A stretch of 59,675 nt of DNA from positions 1 through 59,675 of the forward strand of contig JANRCO010000090.1 of assembly GCA_030726975.1 (NCBI GenBank), in the 5' to 3' direction. A program made the position numbers and the translations under genes. Origin of the DNA: Ilumatobacteraceae bacterium (lineage in GTDB: Bacteria; Actinomycetota; Acidimicrobiia; Acidimicrobiales; Ilumatobacteraceae). A model generated the notes under the pieces. It had not been told where the DNA came from. It saw nothing but the letters and a program-made list of their open reading frames with translations, and did not search any database. Below are positions 19,647 to 28,292 of this stretch, piece after piece. The first letter of the stretch is position 1. Every line of letters begins with the position of its first letter.

Positions 19647-19674
19647 AACCGGGGGGCTCATTGGCCCCCCGGTT
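19647..19674 (-). terminator. GC-rich hairpin downstream of glnII
   Basis: aaccggggggc pairs with gccccccggtt (11 bp) around a 6-nt loop. It lies 26 nt after the glnII stop. The U-tract on the - strand is weak. Confidence 0.45.
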
Positions 19675-19699
19675 GCTACTTTTTATATACGAGAAGCGC

Positions 19700-20707
19700 T
19701 TATGCGGCGCCACATACGGTCTCAAGAATGAGACGGGTAACGGTGTACGGGTCGACGTTGGCGTTCGGGCGGCGGTCTTCTGCATAGCCCTTGCCATCGC
19801 GGCCAACCTGCCATGGAATACGTACTGAAGCACCGCGGTCGGACACGCCGAAGCTGAACTTGTTGTACGGAGCAGTTTCGTGCTTTCCGGTGAGGCGGCT
19901 TGCAATGTCGTCGCCGTAGTTGTCGACGTGTTCCATGACGCGCTTACCGAGGGCTTCACATGCTGCAGTGATGGCCTTCAAGTTGGTGTCGTTGCGCATT
20001 GCCTTGGTGGAGAAGTTGGTGTGTGCACCAGCGCCATTCCAGTCGCCCTTCATTGGCTTTGCGGCAAATGAGATGACCACATCGTAATCTTCAGCGATGC
20101 GCTGCAAGAGCCAGCGTGCCACGTACATGTGGTCGCCCACGGTGAGTGCATCTGCGGGTCCGATTTGGAATTCCCACTGACCAGGCATTACTTCAGCGTT
20201 GGTGCCAGAGATCATGAGGCCAGCATCGATGCAAGCCTGTGTGTGCTCTTCAATAATTTCACGACCAACAACGCGGCCTGCGCCAACGCCGCAGTAGTAA
20301 GGGCCTTGTGGAGCAGGGAATCCGCCAACAGGGAAGCCATATGGTGTGCCATCGAGGCGCAACATGGTGTATTCCTGCTCGATGCCGTAGATCATTTCTT
20401 GATCGGCGTACTTCTTTGCTACTTCGGCCAAAGCAGCACGAGTGTTAGTTGGGTGTGGGCTGTCATCTTTTGCTTGAAGGACATCGCACATCACGAGGAT
20501 GTTCTTGCCACCACGAATGGGGTCTGGGCAAGAAAAGACCGGGCGCAAAACGCAGTCTGATGATTCGCCACCAGCTTGTTCTGTTGACGAACCGTCGAAT
20601 CCCCAAATGGAGATTTTTTCGTCGTCAGCCATGACTTTGGTTTTTGAGCGCAACGTTGGTGTGGGTTTCACACCGTCGATCCAGATGTATTCGGCCTGAA
20701 ATGGCAC
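19700..20707 (-). CDS. glnII: Glutamine synthetase type II
   Basis: PFQAEYIWIDG...LRSKTKV is the characteristic GSII N-terminus. The GTG at 20707 has GGAAGGA 6 nt upstream. The alternative ATG at 20722 and the ORF-track start at 20797 look like extensions. Confidence 0.9.
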   Translation of the reverse strand: MPFQAEYIWIDGVKPTPTLRSKTKVMADDEKISIWGFDGSSTEQAGGESSDCVLRPVFSCPDPIRGGKNILVMCDVLQAKDDSPHPTNTRAALAEVAKKYADQEMIYGIEQEYTMLRLDGTPYGFPVGGFPAPQGPYYCGVGAGRVVGREIIEEHTQACIDAGLMISGTNAEVMPGQWEFQIGPADALTVGDHMYVARWLLQRIAEDYDVVISFAAKPMKGDWNGAGAHTNFSTKAMRNDTNLKAITAACEALGKRVMEHVDNYGDDIASRLTGKHETAPYNKFSFGVSDRGASVRIPWQVGRDGKGYAEDRRPNANVDPYTVTRLILETVCGAA

Positions 20708-20777
20708 GGCAGTTCCTTCCATATGGGTGATACTGAGCCAAAGCCCAGAAGTGATTGATCCATGTTGCCAAGAAGCA

Positions 20778-20815
20778 GTTTCACTTCCATGTCTCAATTG
20801 TTAACTCTGTGTGAA
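20778..20815 (-). promoter_or_regulatory. Candidate GlnR operator (four 5-nt boxes with 6-nt spacers)
   Basis: The - strand reads TTCAC-n6-TTAAC-n6-GACAT-n6-GAAAC. The published Streptomyces pattern is gTnAc-n6-GaAAc-n6-GtnAC-n6-GAAAc. It lies 71-108 nt upstream of the glnII start. The match is partial. Confidence 0.3.
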
Positions 20816-20929
20816 GCGACACCGTGATGTAAGGTGTACCTAATAGTGGGAGAGCGAGCCAGAGTGAGTTCGGTAGCCTGAGAAGGTGTTCAAAACCCAC
20901 AAATTCAGCCCATCACGCCAGGTTCAGCG

Positions 20930-22576
20930 ATGAGAGTTGGTCTTGCACAGGTCAACCCCACCGTGGGCGACTTGGTGGGCAATGTTGCGGCGATTGTGCG
21001 CGAGTACGCACAGGGCGTTACTGCTGGTTGCGACATCGTGGCATTTCCTGAGCTGAGTATTATCGGCTACCCACCCGAAGATCTGCTGCTCAAGCCCGGA
21101 TTTCTCGCTGACAATATGCGTGCTCTCAACAGCGTTGTGGAAGTGACGGGCAATTGCATGGCGGTCATTGGTTTTGTCGATTCAGTTGCCGTTCAAGTTG
21201 AAGGTGGCGAGGAGCGCATTCTTTTTAATGCCGCCGCAGTTGCGCAAAACGGAAAAATAATTGGAATTTACCGTAAACAACTTTTACCGAACTACAGCGT
21301 GTTCGACGAGGAGCGATATTTCACTCCGGGTCCAAGCATCCAAGATATTTTCACCTGCGACGGAATTCCATTTGCTATTTCCATTTGTGAAGACCTGTGG
21401 GTAGGTGACCCTACTGAGCAGCAAGCACAACAAGGTGCAAAATTGTGCATCAGTATTAATGGTTCACCGTTTCATCGCAACAAACCCACTCAACGCGATG
21501 ATTTAGTTACGAGTCGTGCTCAAAGCAATGGTGTTGTTGTTGCGTATGTCAACCAAATTGGTGGACAAGACGAGTTGGTTTTTGATGGCGGTTCAATGGT
21601 GGCCGATGCGCGCGGAGTGATTCAAGCACGCGCCGCTACTTTTGCGGAAGATCTTTTAGTGTGTGACATCAGTGCTTCTGGAGATGTTGTATGTGTTTCT
21701 CCGCAGCACGAAGTAGAGCGAACAAGTTCTGAACTAGAGCGTGTACATGCAGCATTGGTGTTGGGTACACGTGACTATGTAAAAAAGAATGGGTTCACTG
21801 ATGTTGTTATTGGACTCTCAGGTGGAATCGACTCAGCACTTGTAGCCGCAATTGCTGTTGAGGCGTTAGGTGCTGAACACGTACATGGCGTTTCAATGCC
21901 GTCGCGATATTCAAGTGATGGTTCAAAAGATGATGCATTAGTACTTGCCCAGAACTTGAATATTCCTTATCAATCAGTTCCTATAGAGCCAGCGTTTGCT
22001 GCGTACTTATCGATGTTGGAAGAAGGCTTTGCTGGCAAAGCCGAAGACCTGACGGAGGAAAACCTGCAAAGTCGCGTGCGCGGAATGATTCTTATGGCGT
22101 TGTCTAACAAGCATGGATGGATGGTGCTCACCACTGGGAATAAGAGTGAACTAGCCGTGGGCTATTTCACTTTGTATGGCGACTCGGTGGGTGGATTCGG
22201 CATTATTAAAGACGTACTCAAAACCACGGTGTATGAACTGTGTGAATGGGTGAATGAACGTGCAGGTGCGCCGCTCATTCCTCGCGCCATTATCGACAAA
22301 GCGCCATCGGCCGAGTTGCGACCAGATCAACGAGACGATCAGTCATTACCACCGTACGAAGTTCTCGATGCAATTTTGGAAATGTATGTTGAGTTCGATC
22401 TCACGGCAAGTGACATCATTGCGCGTGGTTACGATCAAGTGCTCGTGCGCCGCATTGCTCGACTCGTCGACATGAATGAATATAAGAGGCGGCAGTGCCC
22501 ACCAGGAGTGCGTGTGAGTACTAAGGCTTTTGGCAAAGATCGTCGATTGCCCATTACCAACCGTTATGCCGGTTAG
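20930..22576 (+). CDS. nadE: Glutamine-dependent NAD+ synthetase
   Basis: N-terminal CN-hydrolase domain plus the C-terminal PP-loop GLSGGIDSALVA. Confidence 0.92.
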   Translation: MRVGLAQVNPTVGDLVGNVAAIVREYAQGVTAGCDIVAFPELSIIGYPPEDLLLKPGFLADNMRALNSVVEVTGNCMAVIGFVDSVAVQVEGGEERILFNAAAVAQNGKIIGIYRKQLLPNYSVFDEERYFTPGPSIQDIFTCDGIPFAISICEDLWVGDPTEQQAQQGAKLCISINGSPFHRNKPTQRDDLVTSRAQSNGVVVAYVNQIGGQDELVFDGGSMVADARGVIQARAATFAEDLLVCDISASGDVVCVSPQHEVERTSSELERVHAALVLGTRDYVKKNGFTDVVIGLSGGIDSALVAAIAVEALGAEHVHGVSMPSRYSSDGSKDDALVLAQNLNIPYQSVPIEPAFAAYLSMLEEGFAGKAEDLTEENLQSRVRGMILMALSNKHGWMVLTTGNKSELAVGYFTLYGDSVGGFGIIKDVLKTTVYELCEWVNERAGAPLIPRAIIDKAPSAELRPDQRDDQSLPPYEVLDAILEMYVEFDLTASDIIARGYDQVLVRRIARLVDMNEYKRRQCPPGVRVSTKAFGKDRRLPITNRYAG

Positions 22577-22585
22577 TAGTTGTCG

Positions 22586-23770
22586 CTAAATCTTCTCTGC
22601 AACTTTTGCATGCACAGAAATGAGAAGAACTGTTCCTAGGGCAAGGAGCCCAGAGCCAATAGCAGCAGGTGGTATGCCGTGTTGGTCGTATAAACGTGTT
22701 GCAGCAATCGATACGGCGGCACGACCCAATGTTCCGGAACCGATGAGTAACCCCATGCCGCGACCGCGTTTGCCAGGTACAAGTTGAGCGCCTAGGGGGA
22801 GCAAGCTGACAACAGCAAATTCAAAACCCATGAGCACTACTAATAGGCCGATGAGACCAGAGACAATGTTCTGACTAGCAAGTGCAATGAGAAGTGCTGC
22901 TGGCACCATGAGTAAAGCACCGATGGCAACGCTTTTTTCCTTGCCAAATGCATCGGTGTATTTCGCACTCGACGTTGATGCTAAAAATTCAACGACACCG
23001 AGAGAAAAACCAACGATTGCAATATTTGCTGCAGAGTATCCAAAGGTGTCTTCGAGCCACGGACCAAAAGTGACGAATATGCATTGGCTTGCACCCATGA
23101 GGGTGAAGCAGGAAGCAATGGCATACCAACTTCCACGGCGCAAGACGCCATGTTCGAGGAGCATCTCGAGATCATCATTGTGTTCGTGAATGACATCGTC
23201 GGCAACAGGAAGTCGATTGCTGACGATGAGACCCAGAATCAGTACAGCAATGGCGGCTGTTGCATAAGCAACGCGCCAGTTCGTAACAGCGGTAATGAGA
23301 CCCATCGTGGTGACGCCCAACAACAGACCAAGGGCCCACGATGTTTCGGTGTACCCAACAACCTTGCTGCGCCGATTCCATGGAACGTGGTCGGCAACCC
23401 ATGCACCGAGAGCAACATCGAAGGCAACCTTGGAAGCAGCCAAGACAATAATGCCCAAGGTGAATACGGCAAGGTGTGGTGCACTTGCAGTGATGAGTGT
23501 TCCCAACGCAACACCAAAGAGCCCGAGTCGCAATGCGCGACGACGGGTCATTGCATCAACACGATGGCCAATGAGTGGCGATGCCAAACCGGTGAGCTCT
23601 GCAACCGTTAATGCAATACCCATTTGCGCAATGGAAACATCAAAGCCGCGAGCAATGATTGCTAAAAATGGTGGAGCAAAGCGGTAACAGGCATTAGTGC
23701 TAGTTCGTGCAATGGTGAGCAGGGTGACGTGTTGACGCACTGATGGCGAATACGAATCATCGAAACGCAT
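22586..23770 (-). CDS. MFS transporter
   Basis: 394 aa, about 12 hydrophobic segments, and an MFS-like loop GHRVDAMTRRRA. Confidence 0.75.
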   Translation of the reverse strand: MRFDDSYSPSVRQHVTLLTIARTSTNACYRFAPPFLAIIARGFDVSIAQMGIALTVAELTGLASPLIGHRVDAMTRRRALRLGLFGVALGTLITASAPHLAVFTLGIIVLAASKVAFDVALGAWVADHVPWNRRSKVVGYTETSWALGLLLGVTTMGLITAVTNWRVAYATAAIAVLILGLIVSNRLPVADDVIHEHNDDLEMLLEHGVLRRGSWYAIASCFTLMGASQCIFVTFGPWLEDTFGYSAANIAIVGFSLGVVEFLASTSSAKYTDAFGKEKSVAIGALLMVPAALLIALASQNIVSGLIGLLVVLMGFEFAVVSLLPLGAQLVPGKRGRGMGLLIGSGTLGRAAVSIAATRLYDQHGIPPAAIGSGLLALGTVLLISVHAKVAEKI

Positions 23771-23775
23771 GCGAT

Positions 23776-24420
23776 TTATAGCGTGTCGCTTGTAGTGGTG
23801 TTGCGCAAAATATTGACCGAGTCGGAAACTTCAAGGCCCCCATCGGGATGCAATGTGAACCAACAGCCCTCAAGGTTGCGGTGATTGCGTTGGTCGGGGT
23901 AGCCAAGTGTGCGGCGCATGACACGAATGATGCCACTATGTGTGACCACGAGCCCCATCGCCCCAGGGTGGTCGCGGGCAATGTCGTTGAGTGCGCCACT
24001 GACACGAGCAAAAACTTCATGGTCTGGTTCATAACCAGGGGGGCGCATGTCGTGTTTTACATAGCCAGGAAACTTCTTGTCGATTTCTCGCCGGGTGAGA
24101 CCCTGCCACGGACCAACATTGATTTCACGAAAACCGGCGTGAGGGGGCAAAACGCTGAGCCCCATTTCTTCGGCGATGAGGTTGGCGGTTTCACTTGCAC
24201 GTTGGAGATCGCTGGAAATAATGAGGTCAAATACCCCGAGTCGACGAGCGGCGTTGCGTGCTTGTTTGCGTCCTTCTGCAGATAGCGGCGAATCCGCATG
24301 ACCTTGCATTTTCCCGAGCGCATTCCACTCGGATTGCCCGTGACGAACGAGCAAAAGGCGAGTGGGGGCAATTTCGGGCACGTCTTGCAGGTTATTGGCT
24401 AGAAGGGCAACAGATTTCAT
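23776..24420 (-). CDS. Histidine phosphatase (phosphoglycerate mutase) family protein
   Basis: LLLVRHGQSEWN catalytic motif and the downstream VVTHSGIIR. The start is uncertain: ATG at 24420, or a downstream in-frame GTG/TTG. The ORF-track start at 24741 is an extension. Confidence 0.75.
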   Translation of the reverse strand: MKSVALLANNLQDVPEIAPTRLLLVRHGQSEWNALGKMQGHADSPLSAEGRKQARNAARRLGVFDLIISSDLQRASETANLIAEEMGLSVLPPHAGFREINVGPWQGLTRREIDKKFPGYVKHDMRPPGYEPDHEVFARVSGALNDIARDHPGAMGLVVTHSGIIRVMRRTLGYPDQRNHRNLEGCWFTLHPDGGLEVSDSVNILRNTTTSDTL

Positions 24421-24437
24421 TCTGTACGCTTCCATCA

Positions 24438-24677
24438 ATGGCAACTTTGCGACTTTTTGCATCGGCTCGAGAGGCTGCTGGGTGCGGGAGCGATACTTTC
24501 GAAGAAAAATCGGTGGGTGGACTCCTCGATGCGGCCGTTGAGCGCTTCGGAACTCCCTTTGCTGAGGTGCTTGCCACGTGTCGGGTGTGGCTGAACGGGG
24601 AAGAAGTGGGTCGAGACGCGGCATTGAGCGACAGCGACGAAGTGGCTGTCCTTCCTCCGGTTTCTGGTGGGATCTAG
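24438..24677 (+). CDS. MoaD/ThiS-family sulfur-carrier protein with one residue after the Gly-Gly
   Basis: 79 aa: MATLRLFASAREAAG...EVAVLPPVSGGI. It has the beta-grasp family signature and ends GG-Ile-stop. Confidence 0.7.
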   Translation: MATLRLFASAREAAGCGSDTFEEKSVGGLLDAAVERFGTPFAEVLATCRVWLNGEEVGRDAALSDSDEVAVLPPVSGGI

Positions 24678-24721
24678 AGTACGCATATCGCAACTTTTTC
24701 GAGATCACGGTTTTTGGCGCT

Positions 24722-25198
24722 ATGAATCCTGCCTCGCTCACACTTCCCGAACTGCGCTCGTTGCGTACTGAGCTTCAAAATGAAGAAGATGCAGTGTCAT
24801 TTGTGCGACGCCTTGCTCAAGGTCGACTTGATGTGGTGCGTGAAGAGAAACAAAAACGCGAGACAGGAAATTCTCTTGTCGCACAACCAGAACAGTTAGC
24901 AGCAGTGTTTGGCCAGCAACAAGGTGGAGGCTCTGCGCGTCCGCCCCGCGATACCGAAGTTCCTGCACATCACCCGCGTCTCGCGGAACTCACCACGCTG
25001 TGCGACACCTTCCATTTTGCCGACTTTGCAGAACTCTCGTTGGGAGAACTCGATGCGCTCATCAACGCACTAGAAGCTTTTGAGATGGTGCAGTCGACAG
25101 ATCGCAAAGCACTTTTTGGTCAAATTGATGCTTTGAGTGCAGAACTTGTTGCTCGCTATAAAAGTGGTGGAGCCAACATCAATTCTTTGTTGGAATAA
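24722..25198 (+). CDS. RsiG-like protein carrying the c-di-GMP-binding E-x3-S-x2-R-x3-Q-x3-D motif
   Basis: EDAVSFVRRLAQGRLD matches the motif exactly. A second, degenerate copy is EMVQSTDRKALFGQID. The start is ATG 24722. Confidence 0.55.
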   Translation: MNPASLTLPELRSLRTELQNEEDAVSFVRRLAQGRLDVVREEKQKRETGNSLVAQPEQLAAVFGQQQGGGSARPPRDTEVPAHHPRLAELTTLCDTFHFADFAELSLGELDALINALEAFEMVQSTDRKALFGQIDALSAELVARYKSGGANINSLLE

Positions 25199-25569
25199 TG
25201 GACCAACGTCTCTTTGAACTTGGCGAATTCATTCGGGTTCGTCGCGAAGCTGCTCAGCAGTCGATCCGAGACCTCTCGCGCATCGCAGGTATCTCTAACC
25301 CGTATCTGTCGCAAATTGAACGAGGCTTACGCAAGCCATCAGCCGACATATTGCAGCAAATTGCCAAGGCACTGCAGATTTCCGCAGAAACGTTGTATGT
25401 CCAGGCCGGAATATTGGACGGGGATGCAGAGCGTTTTTCTGAGCACAACCCAGTGGATACGGCTGGCTCGGTCGAGGCAGCAATACAAAGCGATGCTCAA
25501 CTCTCGGCGGTGCAGAAAGAAAGCCTTTTAAGCGTGTATCGGTCATACGTGAATCCGACGATAGGTTGA
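25198..25569 (+). CDS. XRE-family helix-turn-helix transcriptional regulator
   Basis: IRDLSRIAGISNPYLSQIERGLRKPSADILQQIAKAL. Its start overlaps the preceding stop (TAATG). Confidence 0.8.
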   Translation: MDQRLFELGEFIRVRREAAQQSIRDLSRIAGISNPYLSQIERGLRKPSADILQQIAKALQISAETLYVQAGILDGDAERFSEHNPVDTAGSVEAAIQSDAQLSAVQKESLLSVYRSYVNPTIG

Positions 25570-25576
25570 CCTTTCC

Positions 25577-26791
25577 ATGAAGCGCGTTGCAGTGATCTCG
25601 ATGCATACCTCACCCCTGGCCCAGCCTGGGGTAGGCGATGGCGGCGGCATGAATGTTTACGTGCGCGAACTTGTGTCGGCGCTTGCCCACGCTGGTTTAG
25701 ATTGCACTACCTATACGCGTGCTTGGCAAGCAGGTTTACCCGAAGTGGTCAACGTAGAACCCAATCATCGGGTGGTACACATTCCTGCAGGAAGTTTTGA
25801 TTTGCCGAAGAACGAACTTCTTTCAGTTGTCGATGAGTTCTCTGAAAACGTGCGTGCGCACATTGTGGGTTCTGGTGGAGTCGATGTGCTGCATGCCAAT
25901 TACTGGTTGTCGGGTTTGTCAGCACACAAACTCAAACACGAGTTAGATCTTCCCTTAGTGACCACCTTCCACACACTCGCGCGCGTCAAGGCGCAGGGTG
26001 GCGATTTCGAATCTGATATTCGTGAACAAAGTGAGTCAGCCATCATTGGTTGCGCAGATGCAATTTGCATTTCTTGCTCAGAAGAAGAACGTCAATTCAT
26101 CGATTTGTATGGAAACCCGCCTGGAACATTGGAAATTGTTGCGCCCGGCGTAGAGCATGCATTTTTTGCACCTGGTGAAAAACGTGGTGCACGACATGCA
26201 TTGGGGATTGCCTTCGACGTTCCAGTCCTCCTCTTCGTTGGCCGCATTCAACCCCTCAAAGGTCTGGATGTTGCAATTCAGGCACTCGCACAACTGCAAG
26301 CAAAAAATGCACAACTCATTGTTGTGGGTGGAGCCAGTGGTAGCGAAGGAAATGAAGAAATAGAAAAGGTCATGCAACTTGCCCACAACCTTGGCGTGCA
26401 TAACAACATTCGCTTTGTTGAACCACAAGCTCACCACATGTTGTCGACGTATTATCGAGCAGCCGACGTAGTGGTGGTACCGAGTCGCAGTGAAAGTTTT
26501 GGTCTCGTTGCCCTTGAAGCCGCTGCGTGCGGCGTTCCCGTTGTGGCAAGTGCAGTGGGCGGGCTACTCACCATCATCGATGATGGTGAAACTGGTTATC
26601 TTGTTCCTGGTCGTGACCCCGCATTGTTCGCAGGGCATATTGACGAGTTGTTGGCGCATCCCACCAAGGCATTAGCAATGGGGGCAAAGGCCGCGGAAAA
26701 GGCACGCGATTACACCTGGAGTTTCGCTGCTGCGCGTCTGCGTCGTGTGTATGCAGACGTTTCCACACGCGATCGCGTGGAGTGTCGGTAA
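25577..26791 (+). CDS. mshA: D-inositol-3-phosphate glycosyltransferase (mycothiol biosynthesis)
   Basis: The characteristic N-terminus VAVISMHTSPLAQPGVGDGGGMNVYV, plus the GT4 C-terminal motif ESFGLVALEAAACGVPVV. Confidence 0.85.
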   Translation: MKRVAVISMHTSPLAQPGVGDGGGMNVYVRELVSALAHAGLDCTTYTRAWQAGLPEVVNVEPNHRVVHIPAGSFDLPKNELLSVVDEFSENVRAHIVGSGGVDVLHANYWLSGLSAHKLKHELDLPLVTTFHTLARVKAQGGDFESDIREQSESAIIGCADAICISCSEEERQFIDLYGNPPGTLEIVAPGVEHAFFAPGEKRGARHALGIAFDVPVLLFVGRIQPLKGLDVAIQALAQLQAKNAQLIVVGGASGSEGNEEIEKVMQLAHNLGVHNNIRFVEPQAHHMLSTYYRAADVVVVPSRSESFGLVALEAAACGVPVVASAVGGLLTIIDDGETGYLVPGRDPALFAGHIDELLAHPTKALAMGAKAAEKARDYTWSFAAARLRRVYADVSTRDRVECR

Positions 26792-26797
26792 CTCCCC

Positions 26798-27259
26798 ATG
26801 AGTGAGCTCTTTTCGGAGCCCGATATTGAAGTCATCGCTCGCCATATCGATGAGTGGCTCGCCGCTTATCGGCAAAGTCATGAGGTTGTTGTCGATGCGG
26901 GGCGTGACCCCGAAGCCCCTCGACGGTGGTTCATGAGAATGCACGGTGAGGAAAAAGAATTCACCACCATTTGGCTCACTCTGGGGCAGCGCACATTGCG
27001 TTACGAGACCTATGTAATGCCGGCGCCTGAAGAAAACGCCGAGCAGTTGTATGAACAAGCGTTACGGCGTAACGTAAAACTCACTGGGGCACATTTTTCT
27101 GTTGGTGTCGAGAATGCTCTTTTCTTGCGTGGAGAACTTCCCATCACGGTGTTGAGTGAAATTGAAATCGACAGAGTCATCGGAACTTTATTTGCTGCTG
27201 TTGAAACTCATTTCCCTGTTCTCATCAGAATTGGTTTTGCCTCGCGCTTCGCAGAGTAA
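26798..27259 (+). CDS. YbjN-domain protein (Rv0487-like, usually follows mshA)
   Basis: 153 aa. The call rests on position after mshA and overall similarity to the YbjN/T3SS-chaperone-like family, recognised by eye only. Confidence 0.55.
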   Translation: MSELFSEPDIEVIARHIDEWLAAYRQSHEVVVDAGRDPEAPRRWFMRMHGEEKEFTTIWLTLGQRTLRYETYVMPAPEENAEQLYEQALRRNVKLTGAHFSVGVENALFLRGELPITVLSEIEIDRVIGTLFAAVETHFPVLIRIGFASRFAE

Positions 27260-27269
27260 CGTCAGTGAT

Positions 27270-28073
27270 GTGGAACAAGCATCACTCACCATTATTGGCG
27301 GCGGAAACATGGGAGCCGCTTTGGCCCACGGTCTATTGCGTGGTGGCCTTGCCCCAGACATGCTCACCATTGTTGAGTTATCGGCAGAGCAAAGAAAAGT
27401 GTTGAATTCAACTTTTCCCGGTGTTCACATCAACGAGTCTGTACAGAAGTGCAGTGCGGCAGTAATTGCTGTGAAACCTGGTGATGCTGCACAAGCAATA
27501 ACAGACGCGGTAAAAGCTGGTGCGCGAACAGTGCTTTCTATTGCCGCAGGTGTTTCTCTAGCCACGTTGCAAAAAGCTGCTGGAGATGGTGTTGCGGTCA
27601 TTCGTGCGATGCCAAACACACCTTCACTCGTTGGTGAAGGTGCGGCCGGTTATTCAATGGGATCCTCGTGCACAGAAAATAGTGAGAAGTTTGCTGCAGA
27701 TGTTTTAGGCAGTGTTGGAATTGCAGTGCGTGTTGAAGAACAACAAATTGACGCCATCACGGGGCTGACTGGTTCGGGACCGGCGTATCTTTTTTATATT
27801 GCAGAGTCGCTCATGGCAGCTGCTCAAGAAATGGGCATCGATGCAGAGCTAGCCGACCCATTAGTGCGACAATTGTTGCGAGGTGCAGGCGTGCTTCTCG
27901 CTCAAAGCCCAGAATCGCCTGCACAATTGCGCGAACGTGTCACTTCGCCTGGCGGAACCACTGCGGCCGGGCTGGCAAGCCTGCGCTCTTCGGGGGTGGG
28001 TGAGGCCATTGTCGAGGCTGTTCGTGTAGCCACAGCGCGGAGTCGCGAGATGGGTGCTGAGGCGCAGAAATAG
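27270..28073 (+). CDS. proC: Pyrroline-5-carboxylate reductase
   Basis: IIGGGNMGAALAHGLL Rossmann motif and SPGGTTAAGL. The GTG at 27270 avoids the overlap with the preceding gene. Confidence 0.9.
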   Translation: MEQASLTIIGGGNMGAALAHGLLRGGLAPDMLTIVELSAEQRKVLNSTFPGVHINESVQKCSAAVIAVKPGDAAQAITDAVKAGARTVLSIAAGVSLATLQKAAGDGVAVIRAMPNTPSLVGEGAAGYSMGSSCTENSEKFAADVLGSVGIAVRVEEQQIDAITGLTGSGPAYLFYIAESLMAAAQEMGIDAELADPLVRQLLRGAGVLLAQSPESPAQLRERVTSPGGTTAAGLASLRSSGVGEAIVEAVRVATARSREMGAEAQK

Positions 28074-28174
28074 CTCGAAATGGGCAAACGGGCAGAAAAG
28101 AGCCTGATCATGTTGAAAAACGGAAAATTTTTCAAAAAATATGAGTGACGTTTTTCGCTAAAGGGGAACTTGTG

Positions 28175-28292
28175 CGTAACGTACGAGGAGATCACCGAGT
28201 GGCTTGCCTCTCGGGAGTCGCGCCCGCAAGGGCCGCGCCTTAGGGGTCGGTGTCATCGGGGGGTTGACACCGACCCCTTCGTTCGTCTTACG
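28175..28292 (+). ncRNA. Unclassified multi-helix RNA-like element (candidate cis-regulatory leader of the DUF62 gene; strand uncertain)
   Basis: A long-range closing helix (28175-28188 with 28276-28292) encloses three hairpins: a 5-bp stem at 28195-28214, a GCAA-tetraloop hairpin at 28219-28237, and a perfect 12-bp stem at 28243-28277 with the loop AUCGGGGGGUU. It lies in the largest non-coding gap of the window. Confidence 0.4.

Noticed and set aside
28100-28135. An A/T-only hairpin, TTGAAAAA-cggaaaa-TTTTTCAA, after proC, considered as a possible terminator.
   Set aside because: The stem is entirely A-T apart from one G-C pair and would be very weak. It may simply reflect the local AT-rich composition.
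28080-28148. A 22-codon basic ORF (MGKRAEKSLIMLKNGKFFKKYE) immediately after proC. I considered it a possible bS22 (Rv0500B-like) small ribosomal protein because of its position.
   Set aside because: It has no SD and contains acidic residues. It does not resemble the Arg/Lys-rich bS22 sequence as I recall it, and it lies in an AT-rich stretch where such ORFs arise by chance.
28175-28292. Whether the structured element could be the missing tRNA-Sec (selC), on either strand.
   Set aside because: It has no acceptor-stem complementarity, no anticodon loop presenting UCA in the right context, and no GTTCRANYC-type T-loop. The CGGG-cgcgact-CCCG hairpin on the - strand only superficially resembles a T-arm.
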